DNA from: Mobula hypostoma
Lineage: Eukaryota
Direction of reading: 5' to 3'
Assembly (NCBI RefSeq): GCF_963921235.1
Contig: NC_086097.1
Span: 68,140,001 to 68,204,000 of the forward strand
Length of the DNA stretch: 64,000 nucleotides
Shown: positions 11,633 to 24,000 of the stretch, in pieces
Position numbering within the stretch: position 1 is the stretch's first letter
Layout of the letters: every line of letters begins with the position of its first letter
The notes under the pieces: generated by a model
Seen by the model: only the letters and a program-made list of their open reading frames with translations
Told to the model about the DNA's origin: nothing
The model's database searches: none
Translations under genes and position numbers: made by a program

Positions 11633-14600
11633 TGACAAGTGCTGTTGGCATCAGGCAGCAAGAGGAATAAGTATAAAGTCAATCATAACCTTACCGGATG
11701 GCAGAGCAAGCTAAAAGGCACTGCTGTGCTAGAATTGACACATTGGTGGCCATCAAATATGGAAGAGTAACAGTAAATTCCAGTTCAGCCCCAGCCACAA
11801 AATTCTGCGTAGTGATAACAGAATTAATCTCCTCACTCGGATGAATAAACATTGTAATCACAGAACCTTAAACCCTTACTATATCACCAAATGACTCATA
11901 GTCAGTGAGAGTCTTTTTATCGCAGTTGTGGACAGGTTATCATGCTCAATGTTTTCCCGTATAAATATGGTTTTCCAGCAGTTATCAAAGCAGGTTCTTG
12001 CTGTTGCTAGATACCTGGTTTTTCAATCATAGTTTAAAAAGTGGCTCTAGTTGAATTCCTATGGCCCAATTTGTCAAAGCTGGCATCAAATCAATATTTT
12101 TACACGAGGGAATCGACATGTTCTGTTACCTACAATCCAGTTTGCTTGTGTGATGCACCAATTATCACCCTTACCAATTTGCCAATATATTGTGCCATTC
12201 TAAAGATATGTATTCATGTTCTATCCCGTGTTTTAGAAGCTAATGGACAGCTACAATACTGAAAGCAAGGGAAACCAGTACCCTCGTATAATATGTAGTT
12301 ATCTCACTGACAATATACAACGTCTAAACTGCTGTGGGAAAGCTGTATCTTTATAGAAAAATATGACAGTGTGAGTAGACAATGCAAAAAGGCTGCTATT
12401 TACATATCTTCTGACCAGGATCGAACACAGCTTTGAGATTGACACATAACAGTATAATTTGAATAATGGTGCAAACTACTCAACAGTTGCCCTTGAATTT
12501 TGTCCTCTGATCCAAACTGCTTTATTTTTTGAGTATAGTTCTATATGCTCTTTAGACTTTACAAAACAAATTTGAAAAATTAAAGCAAAAGTTGGCCTTT
12601 CCTCTTTACCTGTTATTATGGTCTTTATCTCATCAATTTACACAAAGAATTACGATTTTGCATTATTGTATCAGAATTCATTATTGATTTTGTATAATTG
12701 AATGATTTGAGATTTCCATGCTACATCAGCACACCCTCTAGGTTTGTTTTCATATCACACCCTGCATCAACAAATGTGCATTACAAACATTTTAGTTAAC
12801 AACAGCGAGAATACATTTCAGTTTTATATTAAATAGTTCCAATAATGATATAACTATTTGAAATTAATTTCTTTGTTGGAATGAGAATGTATTAAAGATT
12901 CTCAAATGCAGGTTTTTTAAAATCTAGTTAAACATATGTTATATGCAACACAATTTGACAGTGTGAAAGAAAACCATGCAGAATGATGTATGTATGTTGT
13001 TCTGTGGCAAAAACCACAACAATATATAAGGTAATAAATAATGATTACATCTGCACTGTTCTGATGCAGCAGCCCAAAAGATATACATGAAAACAAAGAC
13101 CATTAAGGAAACCAGCAGAATTTGCAGTCTGCTAACCACTGTCCATTTCTACTAGCCTAAGGATATTATTATACTGGATTAGATCCAATTTTAGTCAAAT
13201 CCCCTGATTGTTATTTTGTTCCACCAGCTGCCAACAGCATAATCCAAATCTGTTCTTAACTTTCACTCATCCTTTTCACATAATATAATTCAGTTCCAAA
13301 ATACTGAACTTATTGGATTAGTATTCTTTGAATCTGATTATCTTGTACAATTCCCAAGACAAAGATACTTCTGAATGAAACAACATGGTGCCTACTGTAG
13401 GATTAGAATATAAATCATTATTTTTCTTATGGTTTAATCTTCCCTACGCTTGTATTTTTATATATTCATCTATAAATGTGTGATTGTTCAGGAAAATGTC
13501 CAGTCTTGGAGTATAGCTGCTTCTAATTTTTCTAGAAACTTCTTAGTTTTTCTGTAGCAGGTGTCAGCCACTTAAATCTGGCTATTTTATAGGTTAACTG
13601 TTATCAATGGAATATTGTTATCATTTTATTCTCAGCTAGTTTTTGTTTAAGATTACCACAGTTCTTTCTTTTGTTCCTTCTTTGGTTTTGTAACACTCAG
13701 TAAACATATGTATGTAGGCATAAGTCTTATGCCTCATTCTTGACTTCTGAACCTCTAGGTCACAAAACCACCAGGATCCAACCCTACATATCAAATAACA
13801 TTATTAAGCAATGAAAAAGTTTGAAATGTTATTTCATCAGCGATAATCATAGCTGGTTGTGCTGTTGCTCTGCAAGAGAAATAAACAGGATTTTTTTTCA
13901 CCAAAATGACTGAAAATATTATTTCCTAACTTAGGCACATGGCAAGAATGAAGTGGTTCATTTTTAAACATTTCATAAGGTTTATCACATTTTGTAAGTA
14001 TTTATATTGTAGGTTGATAAACTCTCTATTGGTACTATATTTAAACTAAGCTAGATTGTAATACTTAGAGATTTTTTCTCTATTTTAGCTGAAGTTTAAT
14101 ACAATTATCTGTTTTTAGGGTTGCAGTTGATACTTTCCATTTTCTACCCTGAGCAATCAGTACTAAGAAGGTGACCTCCATTACCCATCAATAGCCTGGA
14201 TTTAAAATTTGGCTTTCCATGGATGGAAGAACACTATTAGTCATCCCGTCCTTAATATTTACACTTCTGAATAAACTTGATTGTCATTTATGATATTTCA
14301 AATCAACCTTACTCCTCGTACAGATATCAAGCTGAAAATTAAATGCGGGACTCCTCTTGGCATAGAACATTATGCAGAGACACTCCAGCTAATAAATCTT
14401 CTGTGTTAATGCATTCCAGATGGAATCTGTGTTTCACACTTTTAACCTTTCTAAATCCCTTCCAAATTTCCTCCCACTACTGTGCAAAAGCTTCCAAATT
14501 TGATTGAAATGGTATCATTAATAGCTGACACATCGACATTGTAATTAAGTTAAGGAATTTTGTCTTTTCAAAAAGGAATCTGTTATTTTTATTAATGTTG

Positions 14601-15539
14601 GGCATCTGAAATCGGCAATGGGACCTCTAGTTTGATAATAAACAAATAACCTTTATTCAATTGCCTTATTGTGTTTACTAAAAATAAGTTTTGTTTTAAT
14701 TACAATAATAAATAGATATTAAACTATTTTTAAATGGAACTGAACACATATTAGTTGTGTAATGTTCAATACATTGCAATTTTTTGCTGTTTACCAGAAT
14801 ACAATTTTTTTCCACCAAGAACAATAAGCAAGTAGTTGGCTCAGTGTAGTATTAGATGTGCTGGTAGCAAAATGTGCCAGCCTCTTCAAGTAGTTGTTCA
14901 TTCAATTCAAAATCTCAACTGAAAGTAGTTGTCATAATCATGCATAACCCAGGGTGAGTGTTGAGACAAATGGAACAAATTGAGTTAACCAGACAACTGA
15001 GTCATTTTTTAAGAATTCGTATGGCTTTATTCTGAAGAAATATCACAACACCTGAAACATTAATCTGTCCACCTATCAACATAGATGCTTCATGATTTGC
15101 TAAATGCTTGTAATCCAGTAAAGCACCATTAATCAGGTACGTGAGACACTTAAGTGGTGCTGAACTGGCAATTTTTCTGGATTATTGGGTGTTATTTCAA
15201 TTAATATTTGATATCTGCTGTTATTCTTAAAGGCATTACAAAATTTCAGTGGAAAACAGGAAATAAAAACAGCTGATTTCAAAGGGGGTATGTGAATCAG
15301 CACTAGGAGAGCCAGTTGCCAAATTATTTTGATTTTTAAATGACTGGATAGCAGATTATCCAATGTGAGGGAGAGCATGGTGCATTATTAAAATTCTTTT
15401 ATAGCTGTTACACCTTGCAATGGGATGGAAGTAATAGTTGTAACTTAATATTTGCAAAATTACCTAGGCATTGAAGCCTTCCTGGTATGGTTTTTATGAC
15501 AAATTCTATTTTTTTTTTAGAACTTGTGAATAGATATAT

Positions 15540-15802
15540 TGGTATTGGTTTATTATTGTCACGTGTGCCAAGGTACAATGAAAAGCTTGTCTTGCACACA
15601 GTTCATACCGATCAAATCATACCAGCACATTGAGGTAAAACAAGATAAAACAGTAACAATGCAGAATAAAGTGTTAAAGCTACAAAGAAGGATAGTGCAG
15701 GTAAACAATCAAGTGCAAGATCAAAACGAGGTAGATTGTGAGGTCAAGATTCTGTCCTATCGTACAATAGGTCTGTTCAAGCATCTGATAACAGTGGTAT
15801 AG
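15540..15802 (-). mobile_element. Rex1/Babar-type LINE 3' UTR fragment
   Basis: Tail attggtattggtttattattgtcac...ttcaagcatctgataacagtgg, like the Rex1 ends at 36452 and 32513. Confidence 0.6.
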
Positions 15803-16010
15803 AAAACAACAGGAATTCTGCAGATGCTGGAAATTCAAGCAACACACATAAAAGTTACTGGTGAACGCAGCAGGCCAGGCAGCATCTCTAGGAAGAGGTA
15901 CAGTCGACGTTTCAGGCTGAGACCCTTCGTCAGGACTAACTGAAAGAAGAGTGAGTAAGGGATTTGAAAGTTGGAGGGGGAGGGGGAGATCCAAAATGAT
16001 AGGAGAAGAC
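15803..16010 (-). mobile_element. Young PLE terminal repeat
   Basis: Near-identical to copies at 9792, 19165 and 20576; CpGs retained. Confidence 0.85.
15901..15938 (-). ncRNA. Minimal type I hammerhead ribozyme motif
   Basis: Minus strand UAGUC CUGACGA AGGGUCUCAGCCU GAAAC GUC GACUG: stem I, CUGANGA, stem II, GAAA, GUC triplet; stem III reduced to palindromic ACGU. Confidence 0.75.
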
Positions 16011-16899
16011 AGTATGTCCGGAGAGACTGGGTATTTGATTTAGCTGGGTGCTTTACTGAGACAGCAAGAAGTATAGACAGGATACATTCCACATGCCAAC
16101 TTTTATTACCTTCATATTATGATCATAAAGGATTAGAAAAGCTGCTCATTTGTAGATGAAGCACAAAAGTTTACGTATTACTAAAAAGCAACCAGATGGG
16201 CATAGAAATAGATCAGTAAGTCTTTAATATGATGATCATAAAGGAGCACCTTTTTTTTGCCAAAGATGCCTCACTCACCGTTTAGTTTTGCAGCAAACAA
16301 GGCTTTTTCTGTACTGTGCAGCTTCCAACTGAAATGGAATTCATAATCCTATTTACATTCTACAAAACCAATTTCTCTACTCAAAAACACTATTGCTCTC
16401 TGCTATTTGTCCTACCAATGTGCCTTGCTTAAACTGAAAGAGATTGAATTGCTGGTGTTAGTTGTTTGGTAAACTTCCCCGTCTCATTTTCTTCCACATT
16501 CATGAAGGTAATTAAAATGTAGTCAAAATTGGCTCTAAATATTTTTTCAAAAGACTAAGTATCAAGTTACTAATTACTTTTATTTGAAATCTCCTATTTA
16601 ATGCAATATACATAGGAACTTTTCAACAGTCATCAAAAGAATGGTTTTAAGTAGTTTCTGCATTTAATACCTAAAGATTTGTCCACAGTGTTAGGGAGTA
16701 TTCTGTATAGTAGCATATTTGTTTTTGAGTGTGTTTGTGTGTTTTAAGAATAAGTTTAAAACTTTGGGGTAACAGACCTCTATATGGAAAGGAATACAAC
16801 AGGCATCATGAGTTCAGCAACATATACTGTAAGTGAAAGATTACAGAGTAAATAATCTATCTGGTAACGATGTACTGTTTAATTTTTATCCACCTTTAT

Positions 16900-17970
16900 A
16901 CTTTGCTTAGTATGGGAATTAGTATGGAAATATTTGAGGGAGAGGTTATACCCAGTATATCAATTGGGACAACACCTGTTGAAGTCAGACAACATCAGGT
17001 CAAGAATCCTGACAACCCAAGACAGCCCTTGACCTTCCTTACTACATTCATAAGTCCTCACCCTCGGGAAGAAGCAGAGAATTTTGTCTGAGTTACCCTC
17101 ACTTAATGTCGCTTGTGGGAATTAAGAATTTTGGCACAAGTTTGAGGAAAGGATTGAAATTCACCAGATGCACCCAAAAGATATGCAGGTAGAAAAAGCA
17201 GAATGCTCAAAGAATATGGGTATAAGACCATAAGACCATAAGACATAAGAGCAGAAATAAGCCATTTGGTCCATCCAGTCTGCTCTGCCATTCAATCAAG
17301 GAGGGTACTATCCTGGGGATAAACACACTAAGTAAGGCAGGTACTATCATAGATTCAGGAAAAGAAGAAATAACATGGACAGGACAGGGACAGCCAACGT
17401 GCGTGATCCCCATAGAAGACAACATGGCTCACGGAGCGGAAGCAGCTCCAAGGCGTGGTAGGAGATGGGACAATCATATCAGAAGGTCCCAAGGGCTGGG
17501 GCCAAGCACAGTGAAGAGCTGTGAGAAGTAGGGCAGCTGCCTTCAGAGGTAGCAGCAATTGAAGATACAGCAGAAAGGGGAGATTGTGGAGCAGAAAGGG
17601 AATGAGTGTGCAAATCACAGGGCAAAGAGAACAACATGGCATGACAGAAATTGAAGGTGCACAGGAAGAAACCACTGGAGCTAATTTAGTAACATTATAT
17701 GGAAGTGTGAAAGACCACTGTAACCAGGTTAACATGATGAGGCACAGTGTAAAACAGCAGCAAAATATTGCTGATTGGAGAAAGATAGTCGTCCCACAGC
17801 CGGGTGATCAAGGAAGCTGCCTGAAAAGGCAGGATTCACTCTCAGCTGGAAAGGACCTCATGTGGTGCTTCTGTCAAATGACACCTGTGTTTGTATGCAG
17901 ACCCGGCCAGGGAACCGTATGGCTCACCTTCTTGTCACCCTCACAGACAGATTAAAAAGAGGGGGGGAAG
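16900..17970 (+). mobile_element. Possible internally deleted ERV/LTR retroelement remnant
   Basis: TILGINTLSKAGTIIDSG (protease-like C-terminus, about 17306-17360); PQPGDQ / GFTLSWKGPHVVLLSNDTCV (integrase GPY/F module, about 17792-17895); PPT-like aaaaagagggggg at about 17954. Confidence 0.45.
17222..17297 (-). mobile_element. CR1 3' tail fragment
   Basis: (ataagacc)n tail plus agcagaaataagccatttggtccatccagtctgctctgccattcaatca, same as 43966-44045. Confidence 0.8.
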
Positions 17971-18105
17971 AGAGAGAGGAGAGGAGAGGAGAGGAGAGAG
18001 GGAGAGGGAGAGGGAGGGGGGAGGGGGGAGGGAGAGAGAGGGAGAGGGAGGGGGGAGGGGGGGAGAGAGGGAGAAGGAGAGGGGAGAGGGGAGAGGGAGA
18101 GGGAG
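17954..18105. repeat. Polypurine (GA/G-run) low-complexity tract
   Basis: About 150 nt of only G and A. Confidence 0.95.
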
Positions 18106-19164
18106 ATTGATTTTCAGTGAACCACTAATAAACTTTAAAGTAGAGTGGTAACTATACTTTGTAATGAAGGCTGGTTTTTGGGTGGTAGATGCTAGTTATA
18201 TAGATCAGAATAGAAAAATTTTTGGGAAAATGGATGTGAAGGGATTCGAATTAAGGCAGAGACATCGTTCCACAATCTTCATGGCAAAGCAGAGTGAAAA
18301 AGAGAAAAGAAATCACACACAACTTTGGAAGGCATCCATCCCTGCTGAATGGGGAGTGAACATATATAAAAAAAGACCTTTGCAACACACACAGCATTTC
18401 CAGTATCTGCAGATTTTCTCTTGTTTGCAAGCTGGGCCTTTTCAGTGGTTGGGCAAGCTATCATGAGGACAGTTCAGGTGGGGGTGAGGGTGCCACAGGG
18501 GTGAGGACTTTGCAGCTATTTAAACAGAGACCACCCCAAACCCTCCTGTAGATCGATCAAAAAGACTGGTTGTCAAGATCATTCTGACAATCTTCTGTCA
18601 TGGCATGGAGTGTGAACTATTGCCTGTGAACCTGAAAGAAAGCTACCTGTCTGCAATCTTGCCCACAGAATAACTACCAACAGCCACTACTGATAGTTTT
18701 AGTTATCAAAGATTGAAGGGGCGAAGAGGATGTGATTGAATTTCTGGAATGCTATATTGCCATCTCTGCTCAGTCTTGTAGATAGCCAATTAGGGATGTT
18801 AGATAGTGCAGATGTAGGTACACATAGGTTAGTAACTGGAAGGGATCGGCAGTAAAACGCATTTACGTTGCTGCGCTTAATCAGATCTTCCTTAAAGTTT
18901 GGCTTTCCTGGGACAGATTTCTGTCCAGAGGTCAAGAGGAAGGTATGCTAGGGAGTATTTTGGTATTATGTAGATATAGCAGATATTAGTTCAAGCAAGA
19001 ACCAGTCTTCAGTTCTTATTGTAAACGTAAATAAGTTCAGGCAACTTGCAATTGGCCTTCAGTTTGTTTGCATATTTGAAAGCAGTAAATTGAAATTAAA
19101 AGCACAGGCTGCTCCACAGACTAAGAGATTGCATATGCAAGAGCCAAACATTAAAACAATGGGA

Positions 19165-19256
19165 CACACATAAAAGTTGCTGGTGAACACAGCAGGCCAG
19201 GCAGCATCTCTAGGAAGAGCTACAGTCAACGTTTCGGGCCGAGACCCTTCATCAGG
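19165..19256 (-). mobile_element. 92-bp PLE terminal mini-insertion with intact hammerhead core
   Basis: Minus strand CUGAUGA AGGGUCUCGGCCC GAAAC GUU GACUG; exact 12-bp TSD aaaacaatggga at 19153-19164 and 19257-19268. Confidence 0.9.
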
Positions 19257-20575
19257 AAAACAATGGGAATGTGTTAACTGGCTTGCATCAAACCAGGCAA
19301 CATGGCTATGTTATTTGCACTATTGTGACTTAAGTACAAGCTGGAAGACCAGATGGATATTGTCACTGAGAATATCAAACATGGTCCCAGGTACAGGCAA
19401 TCAATACTCTTTGTGTACTTATCATATTATTTAACTCTGACAACATTAAGTTTGGGTGTCTGGCTCGCTGTCATCAAAAAGGTTTTAGAATATTTGAGAT
19501 AATTGGTTTCTCCCAAACATGTTTAGATCTTCAGAGGTGTCTTATCAATTACAATGTGCTTCCATATGTATTTCAAAGAAACCATTTGTCAACCCAAAGT
19601 ATTGAAGTAAACAATGCAATTGTAACTATTGAAATCGCATTGAATCATCTGCAGTGCATTAGATCTTAAGGCCATAAAAATGTGATGTACCTTTGGGTTT
19701 GGGAGCCTCTACTGAGAGTGTCTCCAGAATGATGCCAGCTTGTTGTGCTAAGTAAAGACTTCTATATCACCAGCTTCAGTGTCTCTCCAGTGACTTCATT
19801 CACAGTCACAACACACAGGCCACAGCAGTAATAGCAGGTTACCGGTTTAGAGTTGCTAGAAAGCCTCAGTAAATTTGGGATGATAGAATGAAGACAGAAA
19901 CTTAACTAGTTTCATGTTATTTGTTCTATCATTTGTACCCAACATAAGGCACAAGTTCTATAACCTATATTTTTTTTTGATTAAGGAAGATATGTTCTAT
20001 TTTGGGAAAATACAACAAATGTTCACCGAGAAATTATTACTGTAATACATATAATATTTACTGATCTTAATCTAAATCCTGTAGCAAGAGTAATCAATCA
20101 TCAAAAGGAAGAAGCCGCACAGCGGAAACAATTTGTAGCAACATCATATTATGATTAATGAAATGAGTTTACCTATATATAATAACTTGAATATGGTGAA
20201 TTTCCATTTTAACCTGGAAATGATGCCAATTTCAGATTTCAGATTTAGTATTTAGGAGATACAGAATTGAGATCAATTTCTCCATTCCTCAACAACTGAA
20301 GTTCTGGTACTGTCACTCAAATATATAAAGAAAATGGAGATTAAGAAGTACTGTATATAAATGAAAGGTTTAAAAATCCATAGAAATGCTCCGAAAACAT
20401 TTAGATACAATAGGCTGAAAATGCAACAGAAATGTTGAAAAAACAATAGATCCACTTGCAGGCTAGTTGACCTACTACCCTAACTGCAGGAGGGTATTTG
20501 ATGCCACTTACCAAGTATGTCATTGAGACTGAAGTCTATAGGACAAAGTAGGCAGTGAAGTCTGTTGGAACTTCA

Positions 20576-20704
20576 ACATGAGGAAATCCGCAGATGCTGG
20601 AGTTTCAAGCAACACACACAAAAATTGCTGGTGAACGCAGCAGGCCAGGCAGCATCTATAGGAAGAGGTACAGTCGACGTTTCGGACCGAGACCCTTCAT
20701 GTGT
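20576..20704 (-). mobile_element. 129-bp PLE terminal mini-insertion
   Basis: TSD gtct(g/a)ttggaacttca at 20560-20575 and 20705-20720; truncated within the hammerhead core. Confidence 0.85.
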
Positions 20705-20959
20705 GTCTATTGGAACTTCACTACCTAGTTTGGAAATCAGACCACTGACTTTCAGAATATGTATTGATGACTTGGGGTTGGGGCTTTGGATACAATTTCA
20801 AAATTTAAGGATTTCCTTTTGGAACTGAGTAAGGCAGATAAAGACGAGAAAAATATGGACAAGCTGATGGATGGCTGATAGCTGGCAAATAAAATTTAAT
20901 TGTGATGGTGCTAGAAAACAACCAAACCAGTGGTAAAACCCTGTAGACAGTTCAGGAAA

Positions 20960-23247
20960 CTACTTATTTTACTTATTCTTCTTTCAAATATGATTCTAGC
21001 TCTAAGCTGTGTGCAGTTGGGACCTGTAATATACATTTTGATGGTGAGTTTTTGGTCCTATTGGGCTCCAAGGGTTTGAACGGAGTATGCAGCCTGGAGG
21101 CCTAGAACATAGAACATAGAACATAGAAATCTACAGCACATTACAGGCCCTTCGGCCCACAATGCTGTGCTGACCATGTACCTTACTCCAGAAACTGCCT
21201 CGAATTACCCTACTGCATTGCCCTCTATTTTTCTAAGCTCCATGTACCCATCTAAGAGTCTCTTAAAAAACCCTATTGTATCCACCTCCACCACTGTCAC
21301 CGGCAGTGTATTCCACGCACCCACCACTCTCTGTGTGATAAACTTACGCCTGACATTCCCCTCTGTGCCTACTTCCAAGCATCTTAAATCTATGCCCCCT
21401 GATGTTAGCAATTTCAGCCCTGGGGGAAAAAAGCCTCTGGCTATCCATACAATCAATGCCTCTCTCTCATCTTAAACACCTCTATCAGGTCACCTCTCAT
21501 CCTCCATCACTCCAGGGAGAAAAGGCCAAGTTCACTCAAATTATTCTCATAAGGCACGCTCTCCAATTCTGGCAACATCCTTGTAAATCTCCTCTGCACT
21601 CTCTCTATAGTATCCATATCCTTCCTGTAGTAAGGCGACCAGAACTGAACACAGTACTCCAAGTGGGGTCTAACTAAGGTCGTATATAGTTGTAACATTA
21701 CCTGGCGGCTCTTGAACTCAGTCCCATGGTTGATGAAGGCCAACACACCATACGCCTTATTAACAACACTGTCATGCTGCACAACAGCTTTAAGGATCCC
21801 CAAGATCTTTCTGATCCTCCACACTGCCAAGAGTCTTACCATTAATACTATATTCTGCCTTCAAATGTGACCTATCAAAATGAACCACCTCACACTTATC
21901 TGGGTTGAATTCCATCTGCCACTTCTCTGCCCAGTTCTGATCCTATCGAAGTCCTGCTGTAACCTTTGACAACCCTCCAGACAATCCACAACATCCCCAA
22001 CCTTTCTGTCATCAGCAAACTCAATAACCCACCCTTGTACTTTTTCATCCAGGTCATTTATAAATATCGCAAAGAGGACGGGTCCCAGAACAGATCCCTG
22101 CAACACCACTCGTCACCAACCTCCATGCAGAACATGAACCATCTACAACTACTCTTTGCCTTCTGTGGGCAAGCCAATTCTGGATCCACAAAGCAAAGTC
22201 TCCTTGGATCCCATGTCTCCTTACTTTCTAAATAAGCCTTGCATGGGGAACCTTATCAAATGCCTTACTGAAATCCATATACACCACATCTACTGCTCTA
22301 CCTTCATCAATGTGTTTTGTTACATCCTCAAAGAATTCAATCAGTCTGATAAGGTACAACCTACCTTTGACTACCCCTAATCGGATTATGTCTCTCCAAA
22401 TGCTCATAAATCCTGCTTGTCAGGATCTTCTCCAACAACTTGTCTACCACTGAAGTAAGAGTCACAGGTTTATAATTTCTTGGATTATCTTGACTCCCTT
22501 TTTTGAATAAGGGAACAACATTTGCAACCTTCCAATTCTCTGGTACTTCTCCTGTCCCTACTGATGATGCAAAGATCATTGCCAGAAGCTCAGCAGTCTC
22601 CTCCCTTGCTTACCGCAGTAGTCTGGAAGCCTGGAGACGATGCAAGAGCATATCTTTGACTCCATTGCTTCTCTCCTATTGAGGTGTCAAGGGTCTTTGA
22701 TTGGAGTCTATGATTGACTCCATTGCTTTTCTCCTATTGAGGCATTTGAGCAAGGTTGAAGTCGACAAGGACAAGAGCAGAGGACAGGTGGGTACTCAGC
22801 ATTGTCTGCCTACCCATATCCCCTCCCTCTCACTAGTTGTTATCAGAGGAAAATGCAAGAGTCTGTGGAGTCAATTTGGGTGACTTTGGGGTTCATGTTG
22901 CATGTGTTCCAGGATTCTAGTTACTCTTTTTTTTAAGCGTTTGATCAGGGCAATCAGTGGGGTCCTTTAGTGAAGAATGCTTTGCCATACAGATACGGTA
23001 GGCTAGTGGCACAATGCTGAACTGAACCAAACTGAATATCATAGGACACCTGGTTTGATGTTTGATATTCTATGTGTTGTCTGCCTTTTTTTGCTCAGTT
23101 TGTTTTATTTTTGCTCATTGGGTGTTTGATGTTTTCTTGAATGGGTTCCATGATGTTTCCTTGTTTCATGGCTGCCTGCGGGAGGACAAATCTCAGATTT
23201 GTATCCTGTATACATACTTTGATAATAAATGTACCTTGAATCTTTGA
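20960..23247 (+). mobile_element. Non-coding retroposon with Rex1-like tail, split by CR1 at 21102-22627
   Basis: Ends gataataaatgtaccttgaatctttgaa; the CR1 TSD shows that 20960-21101 and 22628-23247 were contiguous; 5' boundary uncertain. Confidence 0.45.
21102..22627 (-). mobile_element. 5'-truncated CR1 LINE (RT and C-terminus, disrupted)
   Basis: (agaacat)n tail; VPENWKVANVVPLFKKG, QGSVLGPVLF, FADD, LVRPHLEYCVQFWSP; TSD agcctggag(g/a)c at 21091-21101 and 22628-22638. Confidence 0.95.
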
Positions 23248-23254
23248 AGTTTAA

Positions 23255-24000
23255 TTGCTATATTTTCATTGAAGCATGAGAAGAGGCAATATAAACCATG
23301 GAGTTTGGTGCTAAAATTGTTTGTACTTGATATACAGAGACTTCTTGGGTCAACTTACATTGTTTGTTAAAAGTGGCAGGGGAAATTGAAAAAGTAGTTT
23401 AAAATGCATATGGAATACTGGACTTTTGAAGCAGAGTTTGAAATCTTTATGAAAACAGATTAGTCGAACTAGCACTTTGTGTACTGGTGCAGATGACATT
23501 TACGACCAATGGGACGTCTTTGGGGACGAGCCCTACCACCATCCCTGGCAGGGCACACCACGCGCCCAGACAAGCCAGACGAAAATTACTAAAATGATCT
23601 AGTGATAAATTACTTTAGTTGTGTGAATACATGGAAGAAGCTACAGTTGTTGCCCTTGGAAGATACCGTGAGACAATTCGTCAGAGGTATTACAAATCAT
23701 GATGGGTGCAGAGAGAACAGATTCAGAGGAATTGCTTCCATTACCAAGAGAATCAAACTGGACAACATGGTACAAAAAGTTAAAAAAATGCAGTGAGTAG
23801 TTAATGTTTGCAGCTCAATGTCAGGTGTAGTAGTAGAGACAGATTTAACTGCAGCATTCAGAAGGGAACTGGGTAAATACCTGGAAGTGTGAAAAACAAA
23901 GCTATGGGGAGAGGGCAGGGGCATGGCACTACGCAGATTTTTCTTACAATCTGGACTTTCCAGCTGATTGGCTTTGTTCCCATCTGTAATCATACTGTGG
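23255..24000 (+). mobile_element. Old degraded CR1 3' remnant
   Basis: aaaatgcatatggaatactggac...gcagagt and tgcagcattcagaagggaactgggtaaatacctg resemble the CR1 ORF2 end. Confidence 0.5.

Noticed and set aside
17862..18151. G/E/R-rich ORFs
   Set aside because: Translation of the polypurine tract
22657..22742. 29-bp direct repeat with a spacer, superficially CRISPR-like
   Set aside because: Only two units, inside a retroposon
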